This document shows positions 51,050 to 63,990 of a DNA stretch of 64,000 bases, one piece after another. The DNA lies in assembly GCA_951406725.2 (NCBI GenBank), contig OX597822.1, positions 70,866,001-70,930,000 on the forward strand, in the 5' to 3' direction. Source of the stretch: Octopus vulgaris (Eukaryota). Below the pieces are notes generated by a model. The model saw nothing but the letters and a program-made list of their open reading frames with translations, was not told the origin of the DNA and made no database searches. A program made the translations under genes and the position numbers. Every line of letters begins with the position of its first letter. The first letter of the stretch is position 1.

Positions 51050-51622
51050 AATGATGATGGTGATGATGACAACGACGACAACAACAACGACGACAACAAC
51101 AACAACGATGATGATGATGATGGTGGTGGTGGTGTTGGTGGCGGTGGTGGTGGTGATGATGATAATGTAATAGTATGTTTATATTTGCAACATCCCATAT
51201 AACTGTTGTAAAGATGAAACATGATAGCTGTCCACTCGGAAAGCTACTTGAACAATACAGAATATAATGTGGACTATGCTGATGCTGATGACAATGGCAA
51301 TGATGATGATGATGAGGATAATGATGATGATGATGACGACAACGATGATGATGATGATAGTGACAACAATGATGATGATGATGCTGATGACAATGGCAAT
51401 GATGATGATGATGATGAAAATGATGATGACGATGACAACGATGATGATGATGATGACAACAATGATGATGATGATGATGATGATGATGAAGATGATAATG
51501 ACAATGATGATGATGACGACGACAACACTGACGATGATCCTGATGCTGATGACAATGACGACGACGAGAATGATGATGATGACGCTGACGATGACGACAA
51601 CAGCGATAATGATGATGATGAT
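51050..51622. repeat. Compound (GAT/GAC/AAC/GGT)n trinucleotide array
   Basis: Seen directly. It follows an RTE-type tail (gcaaatgttaaatgatgat) and contains a unique 113-bp insert. Confidence 0.9.
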
Positions 51623-52493
51623 AGTGTGTAAGGTTAAAAAAATAAAATAGCTTGAAACTCAAAGTAATTAATATTCATAAATGAACAATTAACATTCAAA
51701 GATTGGTTGAAAAGCTCCACTTTACTGCAATACTGATTGATGTAAAAAGAATCAAATGAAAAAAGTGCAGACAGGAGGTAGGTGACTTTTCACCTACCCT
51801 CTCACTTGTTGTTAATATAAAACACACATTTAGTATTGTTTATTATTTATAGCGAGCAACCATGGAAAATTGCTGCCTCTGACATCACTAGCCTCAGTTC
51901 CATTATTACTATACTTAGTGAAGATTGTGCTTTTAGAATTACAACATTGAGTATAATATTTAATCTGCAAGACTCCAGGCTTCTAGATTGTATGAAAGCT
52001 ACCGTACAGCCAAATTTAGATGTCCATTTTCCGTAACAAATGGATATCTAAAAATATACTTTGCCAAAAAATGATTATCTTACAAACAAAGTTTGAGTGA
52101 ATTTTATATTCTTTCCAGGTAACCACATTACTGGGAAAACAGTGAACAAAAAAACTAAAACCATTTTCCACAAAACTTATTTTATGCTTAGTTATTTCAT
52201 TATGCATGACACTATTAACCCAGATGTGATCTGATAGAAAAACAGCGAAACAGATAAAGTATTCATCAAAACTAGAAATATCTCAAATCTCTTTGTTTAT
52301 GATTGCAAATTCCTCTGTCTTATTGAAGTAACTTTGTCTGCTTTAAGTCTTTTCTCAGGCATCAGTACTGATTTATTGAAAATCTAAGGATGGTCAAAAT
52401 GGACAAAACAGTAAAAAGATGTTATTTTATTGAGATGCATCTCTTGTTTTGAGATTCAAATTTAAATTTAGCAAGGTTAAACTTTGACCATTA

Positions 52494-52809
52494 AGTCGGT
52501 TCCAGCTCATATCCGAGCATTAGGTTTGTTAGTTTCCATCCAGTCTCCTCAGCTGATGTCGGTGCCAAAAGTGACTTTGGAGTCCAAGTCGGTGATGAAA
52601 GAGTCGTGGGCAGAACTCGCACAGGACGGTCGGTGCAGGTTGAGGATGTTGAAGATACTCCTTTCTTCTCCTATGTTTTGCATCCTCATTCTGTCGTCTA
52701 TTCTGCTCGAAGGAGCTGGCTCCATTGTGGATAGCAGTCCTGCACGCTGTCCTATCCATGGCAATCTGTTCACATGAGGATAGCTGGATGTTAGCTTGAG
52801 CCAAAGTCC
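52494..52809 (-). mobile_element. 5'-truncated RTE/BovB-like LINE with long TSD
   Basis: ORF 52529-52804(-) reads ..AMDRTACRTAIHNGASSFEQNR...LCEFCPRLFHHRLGLQSH; direct repeat aaatttagcaaggttaaactttg at 52464-52486 and 52810-52832. Confidence 0.85.
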
Positions 52810-53289
52810 AAATTTAGCAAGGTTAAACTTTGCCCATTACATTTCCATTGAAATACACTGCCATTGTTTCAAATAATTTAAAAAATAATGAGGAATTTAG
52901 TAAAATAAGTCTTTCGTTATTAAACTGGTACTTGGAACATGAACAAGCATGAAATTTTGAGGGAAGTTTTTCATTTAGATCACTTTAATCCTTTAGAATC
53001 CAAACTGGTCATATCTGGCCTCTCACATCTAGCCTACAATGTCATTTTAAAAATAAATAATCTCAACATTGTCTGGAAATCTTTCATCACACATCTGTGA
53101 CCTCTTCAGTGACACAATTTTATTCACACAAATATGCAACCGAAGAGTTTAAAGTACCAGTAATGATAAGGCTGTTGACTGGGAGAACACAAACGTGGTT
53201 TAAGCAGTAAGTTTGGCAGGTAAGAAACGTACCTTTAAGTAGTACAAAAACAACAAAAAATGAAAAGTGCAGTTATGTACAGGTTGACG

Positions 53290-53482
53290 GAAGAAAAGCA
53301 AGACAAAAACGGCTTTATCGATTGCATTCTCACCTGGAATCGATTTTTGTTATTTTTTCAAGACTTATACACGCCCTGATACCATCGGCATCTACATATC
53401 TAATTTGAGTGCAATCGGATAGAGGATGCCCGAGATCCTAGAAGACACACACAGACAGACAGAATGGATTTTATATAATAAA
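53290..53482 (-). mobile_element. Helitron-like 5' fragment
   Basis: Reverse complement begins tattatataaaa...(tctg)n(tg)n...ccgattgcactcaaatt, the same architecture as the 5' end of the 32930 element. Confidence 0.45.
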
Positions 53483-53926
53483 TAATTAAAAATAAAAATG
53501 TAACCTTTTGTTTCACTTTCTATTTCTTCTGGTCAGCCATACATGCTAGCCATCATTTCATTGGACAAATTACAACTTTGTAAGATCTGATGTCAATATT
53601 TCTTCATTGGCTACTATCTTGGTCCTTCATACAGAACAGGGCTTCTTATTGTATACAGGGACATCATAACATGTCAACTGCCACATTGCCACTGGTGGTA
53701 TGTTTTCATAATTTGAGAAAATATTTTATTCTGTATCTTTGACATGGTTTCAAGGATATTTAAATAACATGAGCGATAAATATTAAAGTTTAATTATGAA
53801 ATATTGTAAAAATGCAAAACAAATTACATTTCCTTGTAATTAAGCAGTATACAATGTGACTGGAAATATGTGGCATCACCAGTAAGTTCCAGTAACATGC
53901 CATGAGGGTTAATGTATTAAAGGAGG

Positions 53927-54264
53927 AGACCCCCTTCAGTCATGAATGACCATGGAATTGCACCTAAAAAGTTACCCTCCAATGCACAAGTCTGAACAAG
54001 GTTGTTTATGGAAGGTCAGCAGTCGCCCATTCATACCAGCTTCTCCTCCCCACACCACTGATGTTATCCAAGGGAAAGGCAAAGAGGTCGATACAGCTTG
54101 GCACCTGTGACGTCGCTACTCATTTCTACAGCTGAGTGAACTGGAGCAATGTGAAATAAAGTGTCTTGCTCAAGAACACAACACACAGCCCAGTCTGGGA
54201 ATCGAACTCACAACCTCACAATCGTATGCTCAATGCTCTAACCACTGAGCCATGCGCCTTCACA
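53927..54264 (-). mobile_element. SINE family B, full length
   Basis: Family B body in reverse orientation. Confidence 0.88.
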
Positions 54265-54291
54265 CAATGTATTAAATCACTGCTAGAAAAA

Positions 54292-54716
54292 CAGGGCTGG
54301 ATTAAGACCCATCGAGGCCCTAAGCACTGAAATGATTTTGGTGCCCCCATAAAAGATTATGTAATTCAAAATATAACAATAACAAACCATAAAATAAATT
54401 TGTGTTTTTCAAAACGAAACAAAACAATAAGAGGGAAAATAATGTTTATTTTTGTCTACTTCCACTTTATTTATATTTGAAAAGTTTCCTCCTACTTTTT
54501 TGAATTGCAAAGTCTTTGATCAGATCCTCAAAATTAATTTTAGGTAACACAACTACATCTATACTTAGTAGAGACAAAAGCATCCCAAATATTATTTTAG
54601 CAAGTTTAAAATGATTTCTTTTGTGCTGTCAACCATTTACCATTTCTGTGGTACCCCCTCCTTCCTTTGATGCCCTAAGCACATGCTTATTTTGCTTAAT
54701 GATTAATCCAGCGCTG
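54292..54716 (-). mobile_element. Internally deleted hAT element
   Basis: TIRs cagggctggattaa / ttaatccagcgctg (13/14); 8-bp TSD tagaaaaa / cagaaaaa; minus-strand remnant LSLLSIDVVVLPKINFEDLIKDFAIQKSRRK matches the hAT C-terminal dimerisation region. Confidence 0.85.
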
Positions 54717-54984
54717 CAGAAAAATGTTACCCGACTGACAACTTAGAATTATTCACCAATATATTTCAGTCTCTGGCCAACAGATGTCTATTGATCTTGC
54801 TCTGCATTTTCTGCTGTTACTGTAGTAATCCTTGTTTTCTAGAGCTGGCTTATCTCAAGCTATCTTTATTTAGATTCAACTGGTTTAGCCACCTCTTCTC
54901 TCTTCATCTCTGTTGTATGTTCTCTTATCCCTAGGCACTGTACAAGCCAATGGAAATAATCCTTATTCCTCACAATTTCATACA

Positions 54985-55367
54985 TTCTTTTATTCTTTTA
55001 TTGGTTTCAGTCATTTGACTGGGGCCATGCAGGCGTACCGCCTTTAGTTAAACAAATCGACCCCAGGACTTATTCTTTGTAAGCCTAGTACTTATTCTAT
55101 CAGTCTCTTTTGCTGAAACACTAAATTACAAGGATGTAAACACACCAACATCGGTTGTCAAGTGATGGTGGGTGGGGACAAACACAGATATGCAAACATA
55201 TAATCATATATATACAACAGGCTTCTTTCAGTTTCTGTCTACTGAATTCACTCACAAAGCTTTGGTTGGCCTGAGACTATAGTAGAAGACATTTGCCCAA
55301 GGTGCCATGCAGTGGGACTGAACCTGGAACCTGGTTGGTAAGCAAGCTTCTTACCACACAGCCACCT
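54985..55367 (-). mobile_element. SINE family A
   Basis: Family A consensus, reverse orientation. Confidence 0.85.
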
Positions 55368-56624
55368 ATGTATATATATAATTCGCTTTTAATGGGTGTA
55401 AATATTCTGTTTATGTGAGATGTGGGTTTGAGTCCCACGGGCCTTCAACTTTTTCTTTCCAAACCTAATATTTACATGCTATTATTCATAGCTTTTCTAC
55501 TTTAAGTTCAACCATTAAAACTGAATTCTTTTAAAAGCTCTTAGAGGTTCTGAATTCCTAGAACATCAGCAATATACATACCTACATATAAATATGTATG
55601 TGCAAGTTATGGTAGACATTTGAAAAGACAGACACATACATGCTATCACAGACTCACATATTCTTTACCATGTCATGTCATAGCTTAATTTTTATTTTTG
55701 CTTACCACTAAATTATGCTGTGAATATTTTGCAATAAAACCAATTTCTTTACAATACATCTAGTTGGACACTTTTAACTGTGATTTCAACTTTGTAACAA
55801 CTTTATTGCTATTGATCTATTATGATCGATTTATTCAATTTAACAAGAATAAAAGTATTGGTTGATTTAAACGCAGGCAGCCTACTTTACACTTTATTTA
55901 TCCAAACTACACCATGGACGTCCTTCATCATTTATTCATGCTAAAATAGTTTGCAACTCCTGTACAACACTTCAAAATCTTTCAGTCAGAACAACTAATT
56001 GTTAGACATTGATAACATAGTTTCCTCACCTTTCTTTTCTTATTCCATCTCCTGAAACACCAGAGGAAAAATGGCCACTCTCCAAGTTATACAAGAAGAG
56101 CAAGTTTAACAGATACATCTTCACTAAGTAAATCACTTGTTGTTTTCATCATATTCATGTCATTTGATTGTTTAAATCAGAATGTTATCAGCACACAATT
56201 GAATGCCCTTCAGCCATGGGCATGACAGAATCTAGAGCAACATTCTGAGTTAAGAGCACATCAATCATGACCAAGTGGTCGTCTCCTTCAAACCAGTTTG
56301 GGCATGTATAGGATGATAAAACATCCCCAAATTTTCTTCACTCTTCTTTAACTGCATAAAAGGGTCATTCAGTAACTCCCCAAGAAAGCATAAAAATTCT
56401 ATTGAACATGTGATTTTCTACTTTTCTATTTGTTACAAGTGTGGCTGTGTAGTAAGAAGTTTGCTTTTCAACTACATGGGTCTAGGTTCAATCCCACTGT
56501 GTGACACCTTGGGCAAGTGTTTTTATTATCGTCTTGGTCTGACCAAATCCTTGTGAGTGGATTTGGTAGACAGAAACTGAAAGAAGCCTATCATATATAT
56601 ATATATTTATATATATATATTAAA

Positions 56625-57185
56625 AATGGGGAAGGCCAGTTTATGGGATTATCTTAGGTTTCCTGTCCATAAAGGGTTTATCTTTACAGTATATCATCAG
56701 ATCCCCAAAACCTGTTGGCCCATGACCTCTTCAAAATATGGAGGGGAAATACCTCACTACTCAAAAGTAACAATTAGGGATTACCTCCCTTTGCAATTGG
56801 CTATTGACTTCCAGCTGTGCTGCCACCTTGTGGGCTCCAAAATGCTAGCAAGAACCTCCTGAAATGTAAACATGGACTGAAAATCTTCATTCTGGAGTTA
56901 AGGATGTTCCCTGGTTTGAGAGAGTCTTTTAGAATTCTCGCATGTTCAGCTTTGCATAACTTGCAATGCTTTGTCCCGTTGATGTAGGGGCCTGGGTTCT
57001 TGAGGATTTTCCATGAGATTGAGTATGGAATCCCATTGTCCCTTAGTTGCCAGACGTGGCTGGCCAGCAATGTTTCATATCTCCTTTCTGGGACTCTGAA
57101 GGAGGACCTGTGGTTGGAGAGATGTTACTTGAAAGTGTTCCCAGAACATCCAATGTATCTCCGTGGGCGTTGTTGTTGGTGCTGT
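56625..57185 (-). mobile_element. Penelope-like element 3' end (GIY-YIG endonuclease C-terminus plus pseudo-LTR), inserted in the middle of a SINE A (56438-56592 and 57200-57460)
   Basis: ORF 56801-57070(-) reads LASHVWQLRDNGIPYSISWKIL...YINGTKHCKLCKAE..RI.....ILNSR..IFSPCLHFRRFLL, typical of a PLE endonuclease C-terminus; hammerhead motif downstream on the same strand. Confidence 0.85.
56645..56705 (-). ncRNA. Type-I hammerhead ribozyme motif downstream of the Penelope ORF
   Basis: Minus strand GGGAU-CUGAUGA-(stem II cuguaaag/cuuuaugg)-GAAA-ccuaaga-UA-AUCCC. Confidence 0.65.
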
Positions 57186-57811
57186 ACATGCTGGTGTTGC
57201 TGTATATGTGTGTGTGTGTGTGTATTTGTGTCTGTGTTAGTCCCTCACCACTGCTTGACAACTGGTGCTGAAGGGTTTATGTTCCAGTAACTTAGCAGTT
57301 CGGCAAAAGATACTGATAGAATAAGTACTAAGCTTAAGAATAAACAAACAACAAAACGTACTGGGGTTGTGTGGAATTCATTTGATTAAAATTTGCCAAA
57401 GCAGTGCCCCAGCATGGCTGCAGTCTAATGACTGAAACAAGTAAAAGATAAAAGATAAAACAATCACCAAATTACATGTGTTTTTCCTTTTAGTTGTCAA
57501 CAATATTGCTCTGATTAGTTATTTTTGTTTAATTATTTTTGATTGGTTGTTTTAAGCTTTTTTTTTTACATCTAACAAATGGTTCTTTGAAAATGCTGAT
57601 CTAACCAATATTTTCTTTAATCTTCTTTTACTTGTAATAGTCATTGGACCGTGGCCATGTTGGGGCACCACCTTGAATAGATCAACCCCAGTACTTATTT
57701 ATAAATCTGATACTTATTCTAGTGGTTTCTTTTCCCAAACTGCTAAGTTACAAGGACATGAACAAACCAACATTGGTTGTCACAGTGAGGGACAAACATA
57801 GACACAAAATA

Positions 57812-57848
<37 letters not shown>

Positions 57849-58194
57849 AGATAATCACATATATATGACAGGCTTCCACACAGTTTCTGTCTAGTAGATT
57901 CACTTACAAGACATTGGTCAGTCTGGTGTTATTGTAGAAGACACTTACTGAAGGTGTTGTGCAGTGGGACTGAACCTGAAGCCGGTTGTAAAATGACCTT
58001 CTTAACCACACATACCTGTACAGCATTCATTCTTTACTAAATGTGGCATGCTCGAAAAGTTCATAATACTCTTATCTTCTGCAGAGACACTTCCAGTAAC
58101 TATCAGGCTGAGTAAAAAGTAAGCAACGTTTTGAGACATGAAATTCATCACAATATATTTCAACAATGTTCTTTTTTTTCTTTTCTTTTCTATT

Positions 58195-58587
58195 ACTAGT
58201 TTCAGTTATTTGACTGTGGCCACGCTGGAGCACTGCCTTTAGTCGAATCAAATCGACCCCAGGACTTATTCTTTGTAAGCCTTGTACTTATTCTATCGGT
58301 CTCCTTTACCGAACCGCTAAGTTACAGGAACGTAAACACCCCACCATCAGCTGTCAAGCGATGTTGGGGGGACAAACACAGATACATATCATATACACAC
58401 ATATATATATATATATACATATACATAAATACGACAGGCTTCTTTCAGTTTCCGTCTGCCAAATCCACTCACAAGGCTTTGGTCGGCCTGAGGCTATAGT
58501 AGAAGACACTTGCCCAAGATGCCACGCAGTGGGACTGAACCCGGAACCATGTGGTTGGTAAGCAAGCTAGTTACCATACAGCCACTG
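58195..58587 (-). mobile_element. SINE family A, full length (an older copy lies at 57620-58015)
   Basis: Family A consensus, reverse orientation. Confidence 0.88.
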
Positions 58588-58589
58588 GG

Positions 58590-58990
58590 AATTTTATTCA
58601 TTAAAGTAATTACCATTACATTCAACATATTTTTGCCAACAAGTTACAAGTTCATTTATTCCGGTAACATAAAAATCTGGCTAACTTGAAGTTCTTTGGC
58701 CAGTTCTTGAGTGGTTTTACGTGGATCATTCTCAATGAGGATCTTTAATTGACCATCATCGATGACAGATGGGCGTCCATTACACTCGCTCAGGTCTCCA
58801 CTGTGAAATCATTTAAACTATTTTTGAGCTGACCACTCACTGGTCATTTCCTCACCAAACGTTTTTGTGAGCAATTTCAGCTGCTTTACATCCTTTTTGA
58901 AGTTGAATAGCAAAATTGCTCAAATATCGCGCTTTAACAGTTCTGTTTCAGATGATTGTAACAATGGTGGAAAAAATATCAATGTTAATT
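58590..58990 (-). mobile_element. Internally deleted mariner (Hsmar1/cecropia-like) transposase remnant
   Basis: AILLFNFKK...TFGEE....AQK*FK*FHSGDLS..GRPSVIDD.QLK.LIENDPRKTTQELAKEL fused to the C-terminus FY.TGINELVTCWQK.VECNGNYF. Confidence 0.8.
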
Positions 58991-60113
58991 TATTGAAGCA
59001 TTTGGTTAAGTCTATGTTTGAATTATCAGACACTTGCAAAAAAAAATGTTTAAAAAATTCAAAACTCTGCAAAAAATCTGGTACAAATTCTTCATGTTTG
59101 CTTACTTTTTACTCAACTTGATATTAGCTCAGCACTTTTGTATAGCAGACCATTCATACAGATTCTAATTCCACCAATGGTTGAAATTATTTGTATAAAT
59201 ATGGTCATAAAGATTTTTTCTTTCTCATCATTATTATCATCATTTAACCTCTCTTTTCCATGCTGGCATGGGTTGGATTCTGTTTGCTGTTTTCATTCAA
59301 TCAAGGCTTGGAATTTCAATCATTTTTGAACTCTTCCATATGTGCATTTTGTTTTTCATTGTCGTCGTCATCATCAATGTCATCGTCGTTGTCTTCATCA
59401 TCATCATCATCATTCAACATTATCACCATCATCACTCAACCTCTGTTTCCCATGCTAGTATGGGGCGAGTGGTCTGACAGCACCCAGAGAGCCGCAGAGT
59501 TGTGGCAAACTTTATGGTCAGATTTGGCATGGTTTCTACAACTGGAAGCCCTTCCTAATGCTAACCACTTTACCTTGTCCTATGTAAATTTATGTATTCT
59601 GTATAGAAGTGTTTGCAACACAAAGACATTGAAAGTGTTGGAGATCATCATTTGGAATAGATTCTACATCCTTGAACATCTGGATTCATTGTTTAGATTT
59701 AAGCATTGCTTTGTGTCTCACATTACCATATTTGGGAATATCACAACAGCAAGTCCTCAACTACCAATGCAGATAAACATATATTACAGATAATCTTATC
59801 TTGTAGCAGTTGTAATAAAATATCAGTTAACATCAAAGACCCACTTCTATACAGATGAAACATTCTGGAACATTCATTAATTTTTTTATAACTTAGTTTT
59901 GACTTTAACATCTCCTGAGAAATGTCTTATTAGGATCAGAGGTTTGTATGATGTCTAGGCCATTACAAGACATTCTCTTACCTCCATCTTCAATCAACAT
60001 TTGCTGTCATTATATTTCTCACTCACATACACACTACAGACACAACCATACATACGTACTTACATACATACATACACGCACACATACATACACATACACA
60101 CACATATACATAC

Positions 60114-60195
<82 letters not shown>

Positions 60196-60197
<2 letters not shown>

Positions 60198-60423
60198 TCT
60201 TTTACTCTTTTACTCATTTCAGTCATTTGACTGTGACCATGCTGGAGCACCCCTTTTTAGTTGAGCAAATCAACCCCGGACTTATTCTTTGTAAGCCTAG
60301 TACTTATTCTATTGGTGTCTTTTGATGAACCGCTAAATTACAGGGACGTAGACACACCTGCATCAGTTGTCAAGTGATGTTGGGGGGACAAACACAGACA
60401 CACAAACACATACACACACATAC

Positions 60424-60460
<37 letters not shown>

Positions 60461-60632
60461 CATTTATACGACGGGCTTCTTTCAGTTTCTGTCTACCAAA
60501 TCCACTCAAGAGGCTTTGGTTGGCCTGAGGCTATAGTAGAAGACACTTTCCCAAGGTGCCATGCAGTGGAACTGAACCCAGAACCATGTGGTACGTAAGC
60601 AGGCTACTTACCACACATCCACTCCTACGTCT
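60196..60632 (-). mobile_element. SINE family A, full length
   Basis: Family A consensus, reverse orientation. Confidence 0.88.
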
Positions 60633-60680
60633 ACATTATATGTGTATATAAATATATGATATATATGTGTATATGTATAT

Positions 60681-60746
<66 letters not shown>

Positions 60747-60961
60747 CTACAAAATTAGAGAATGGAGAAACATACTTAAATCAGTAAAACATCAACTATC
60801 CGATGATACTCAATCCATACTTTAATACACCATTACATATGAGTAAAGGCAATATATAAAATGAAATGAGATATACAGTAATAGTAAAAAGATAAAGAGA
60901 TATAAGTAAAAAATTTTCAAATATAATATACAAATAAAGGTTGAATTTTCAACCCCTATCT

Positions 60962-61043
<82 letters not shown>

Positions 61044-61179
61044 CGTGACCGACCAGGCTATCAGGTGTTGCTACACATCGCTGGTTACAATGCGCTTCGC
61101 ATTGTTTTAGTCTTCAAATGATGCCACACCACTGGCTAAGTGAGCAGGCCGTATATATATATATATATATATATATATT

Positions 61180-61396
61180 AAGGCAGTGAGCTGATAAAGA
61201 TGTTAGCACACCAAGTGAAATGCTGAGTAGTATTTCATCTGTCTTTACATTCTGAGTTCAAATTCCACCGAGGTCGACTTTGCCTTTCATCCTTTCAAGG
61301 TCAATAAATTAAGTACCAGTTGCGTACTGGAGTCGATATAATCAACTGCCCCCCATTCCCCAAAAATTTTGGGCTTTGTGCCTAGAGTAGAAAAGT
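61180..61396 (+). mobile_element. SINE family E, full length
   Basis: aggcagtgagctg...gagttcaaattcc (B-box-like)...gtcgactttgcctttcatcctttc...cctagagtagaaaag. Confidence 0.8.
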
Positions 61397-61530
61397 ATCT
61401 CTCTATCTCTCTGTCTATGTCTGTCTCTCTATCTGTCTGTCTGTCTCTCTCTATACATTTATAGATATATATACATACACACACACACACACACATATAT
61501 ATATACACATACATAACTGTATATATATAA

Positions 61531-61573
<43 letters not shown>

Positions 61574-61773
61574 CACATACAGACATATATATAACTGTAT
61601 AGTAACATACCATAATATCTGCATGTTGGTGTGTAAATGTGTGTATGTATGTGTGTGTGTGTTTATATATATATGTATAGATACATACACATATATGTAT
61701 ATACACATATATATCATATATAAATATACATGCCCACACATATATTTAGCAAACACATAATTATATATATCTA

Positions 61774-61851
<78 letters not shown>

Positions 61852-62191
61852 TATATATCTTATGTACATATGTACAAACAGACGGAGCAGAGATATACTT
61901 GTATAATTATCAATATATTCATCTTTATGTGCATCTCGACTGAACTTTTCTCCAACTCATCTAAACCACCTTCTCGTAGTCAATTAAGTAGAATAGAAAT
62001 GTTGGTTTAAGATAATAATCATTATTTCTTTCTTAGTCATCCTTCAATGACAACAACAACAACAACATTAGCACAGCGTTCTCTTCTGTGACTCTTTACG
62101 ATGACCAGGCAATAATATCACATCGACATTTATTCTATGTTCTAAGTTGAATGTAAGCAAACAATAAAACACACACACACACACACACACA

Positions 62192-62244
<53 letters not shown>

Positions 62245-62406
62245 AGTGGTATGTATTTCCTGGTTTGAGAAATATATCAGCCTTTTTTGCTAAAATGCTT
62301 TTACTCAAAAACTAGTATAGAAAACCAAAAAAAACAAAAAAATCCCAGCTTAAACACAAAGTACTTTGTTACTGAGAGTTTGTTATTTAGTCTTTGCCAC
62401 CAATGT

Positions 62407-62568
62407 AGGCGCAGGAGTGGCTGTGTGGTAAGTAGCTTGCTTACCAACCATATGGTTCCGGATTCAGTCCCACTGCAGGGCACCTTGGGTGAGTGTCTTC
62501 TACTATAGCCTTGGTCCGACCAAAGCCTTGTGAGTGGATTTGGTTGATAGAAACTGAAAGAAGCCTGT

Positions 62569-62613
<45 letters not shown>

Positions 62614-62837
62614 ATATGTTTGTGTGTTTGTGTTTGTCTCCCAACATTACTTGACAACCGATGCTGGGGTGTTTATGTCCCTGTAACTTAGCGGTTTGGC
62701 AAAAGAGACCAATAGAATAAGTACTAAGTTTGCAAAGAATAAGTCCTGGGTTCGATTTGCTTGACTAAAGGTGGTGCTCCAGCTTGGCTGCAGTCAAAAA
62801 TGACTGAAACAAATAAAAGAGTAAAAGAATAAAAGAA
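62407..62837 (+). mobile_element. SINE family A, full length
   Basis: Family A consensus. Confidence 0.9.
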
Positions 62838-63570
62838 TCTATTTTGACCAATAAATACCAGGCACCTTGGTAACTGAAATATTTTCTAGAAGGTGTATGT
62901 TTTTAAGGAGAAAGCCATAGACAATGCAAATATTTCTGAAATTTCTTACTGACAAGTGGAAAAAAATGAAAAATAGATAAAGAAATAAATAAAAAGAATG
63001 TAGACCCTCAAAGCTCTGCAACAGACTTTTGAATAATTACTGATTAGAAAACTAATTTATTTACATTAATTATGTAAATTTATACAGTATTTGACTGAGA
63101 AATGGAAAACTGTTTTTCCAGTAAACATAAAAATGTAAGTGTAAAATTTTATTTTAAACTTTATATTTATTTATTTATCTATTTATTTATTTATTCCTTT
63201 CATTATTTATATATTTTTGCACAACAGTTTTATGAAGTTAAACTAGAACCATTCCTTGAATGGCTTCAGTGCAACAATCCTTAAGTGAATCAACATTCCC
63301 AAAACATCTGAAGAAGATAAAGAGCATCTTTCTGAAGCAATTTATCCAAAATAATCCAAGTTAATTCACGTGGTTGTATTTCAGTGTTAGGTGCAGGTAT
63401 GGCTGCATGGTTAAGATGCTCGCTTTACAACCATGTGGTTTTAGGTTCAATCCCACTGTGCGGCACATTGGGGAAGTGTCTTCTACTATAGCCCCTGGGC
63501 CAGCCAATGCCGTATAATGAATTTAGCTGATAGAAACTGCGTGGAAGCCCATTATATATGTGAGTTTGTA

Positions 63571-63714
63571 TGAAGTCTGATCCCAATATATCAGGACTGG
63601 TGCTGTAAAAAGAAAACTACATGTATCAATTTGGTATTTAATCTCCTTCGAAGTAATCCCCTTCTGGGACCAGATGTCTTATCTAGTGTTGTTTCCAATA
63701 ACGGAAGCATTCTC
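63571..63714 (-). mobile_element. Mariner 3' end (TIR plus transposase C-terminus)
   Basis: Minus strand ECFRYWKQH*IRHLVPEGDYFEGD* followed by a TIR-like end at TA. Confidence 0.65.
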
Positions 63715-63930
63715 TCTTTACTCTTTTACTCGTTTACTTGTTTCAATCATTTGACTGTGGCCATGCTGGAGCACCACTTTTAGTCGAGAAAACTGACCCC
63801 AGGACTTATTCTTTGTAAGGCTAGTACTTATTATATTGGTCTCTTTTGGCGAACCACTAAGTTACAGGGATGTAAACACACCAGCATTGGTTGTCAAGCG
63901 ATGTTGGGGGGACAAACAGACACACAAACG

Positions 63931-63990
<60 letters not shown>

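Noticed and set aside
51006-51662. Poly-Asp, poly-His, poly-Met and poly-Ser ORFs (possible acidic or metal-binding protein)
   Set aside because: All frames of one (GAT)n-type array grown from a LINE tail; no signal peptide, exon structure or unique domain.
1086-63284. Many ORFs rich in [12 protein letters not shown]
   Set aside because: Translations of (TA)n/(TG)n/(CA)n microsatellites, which lack stops in several frames; no splice or homology support.
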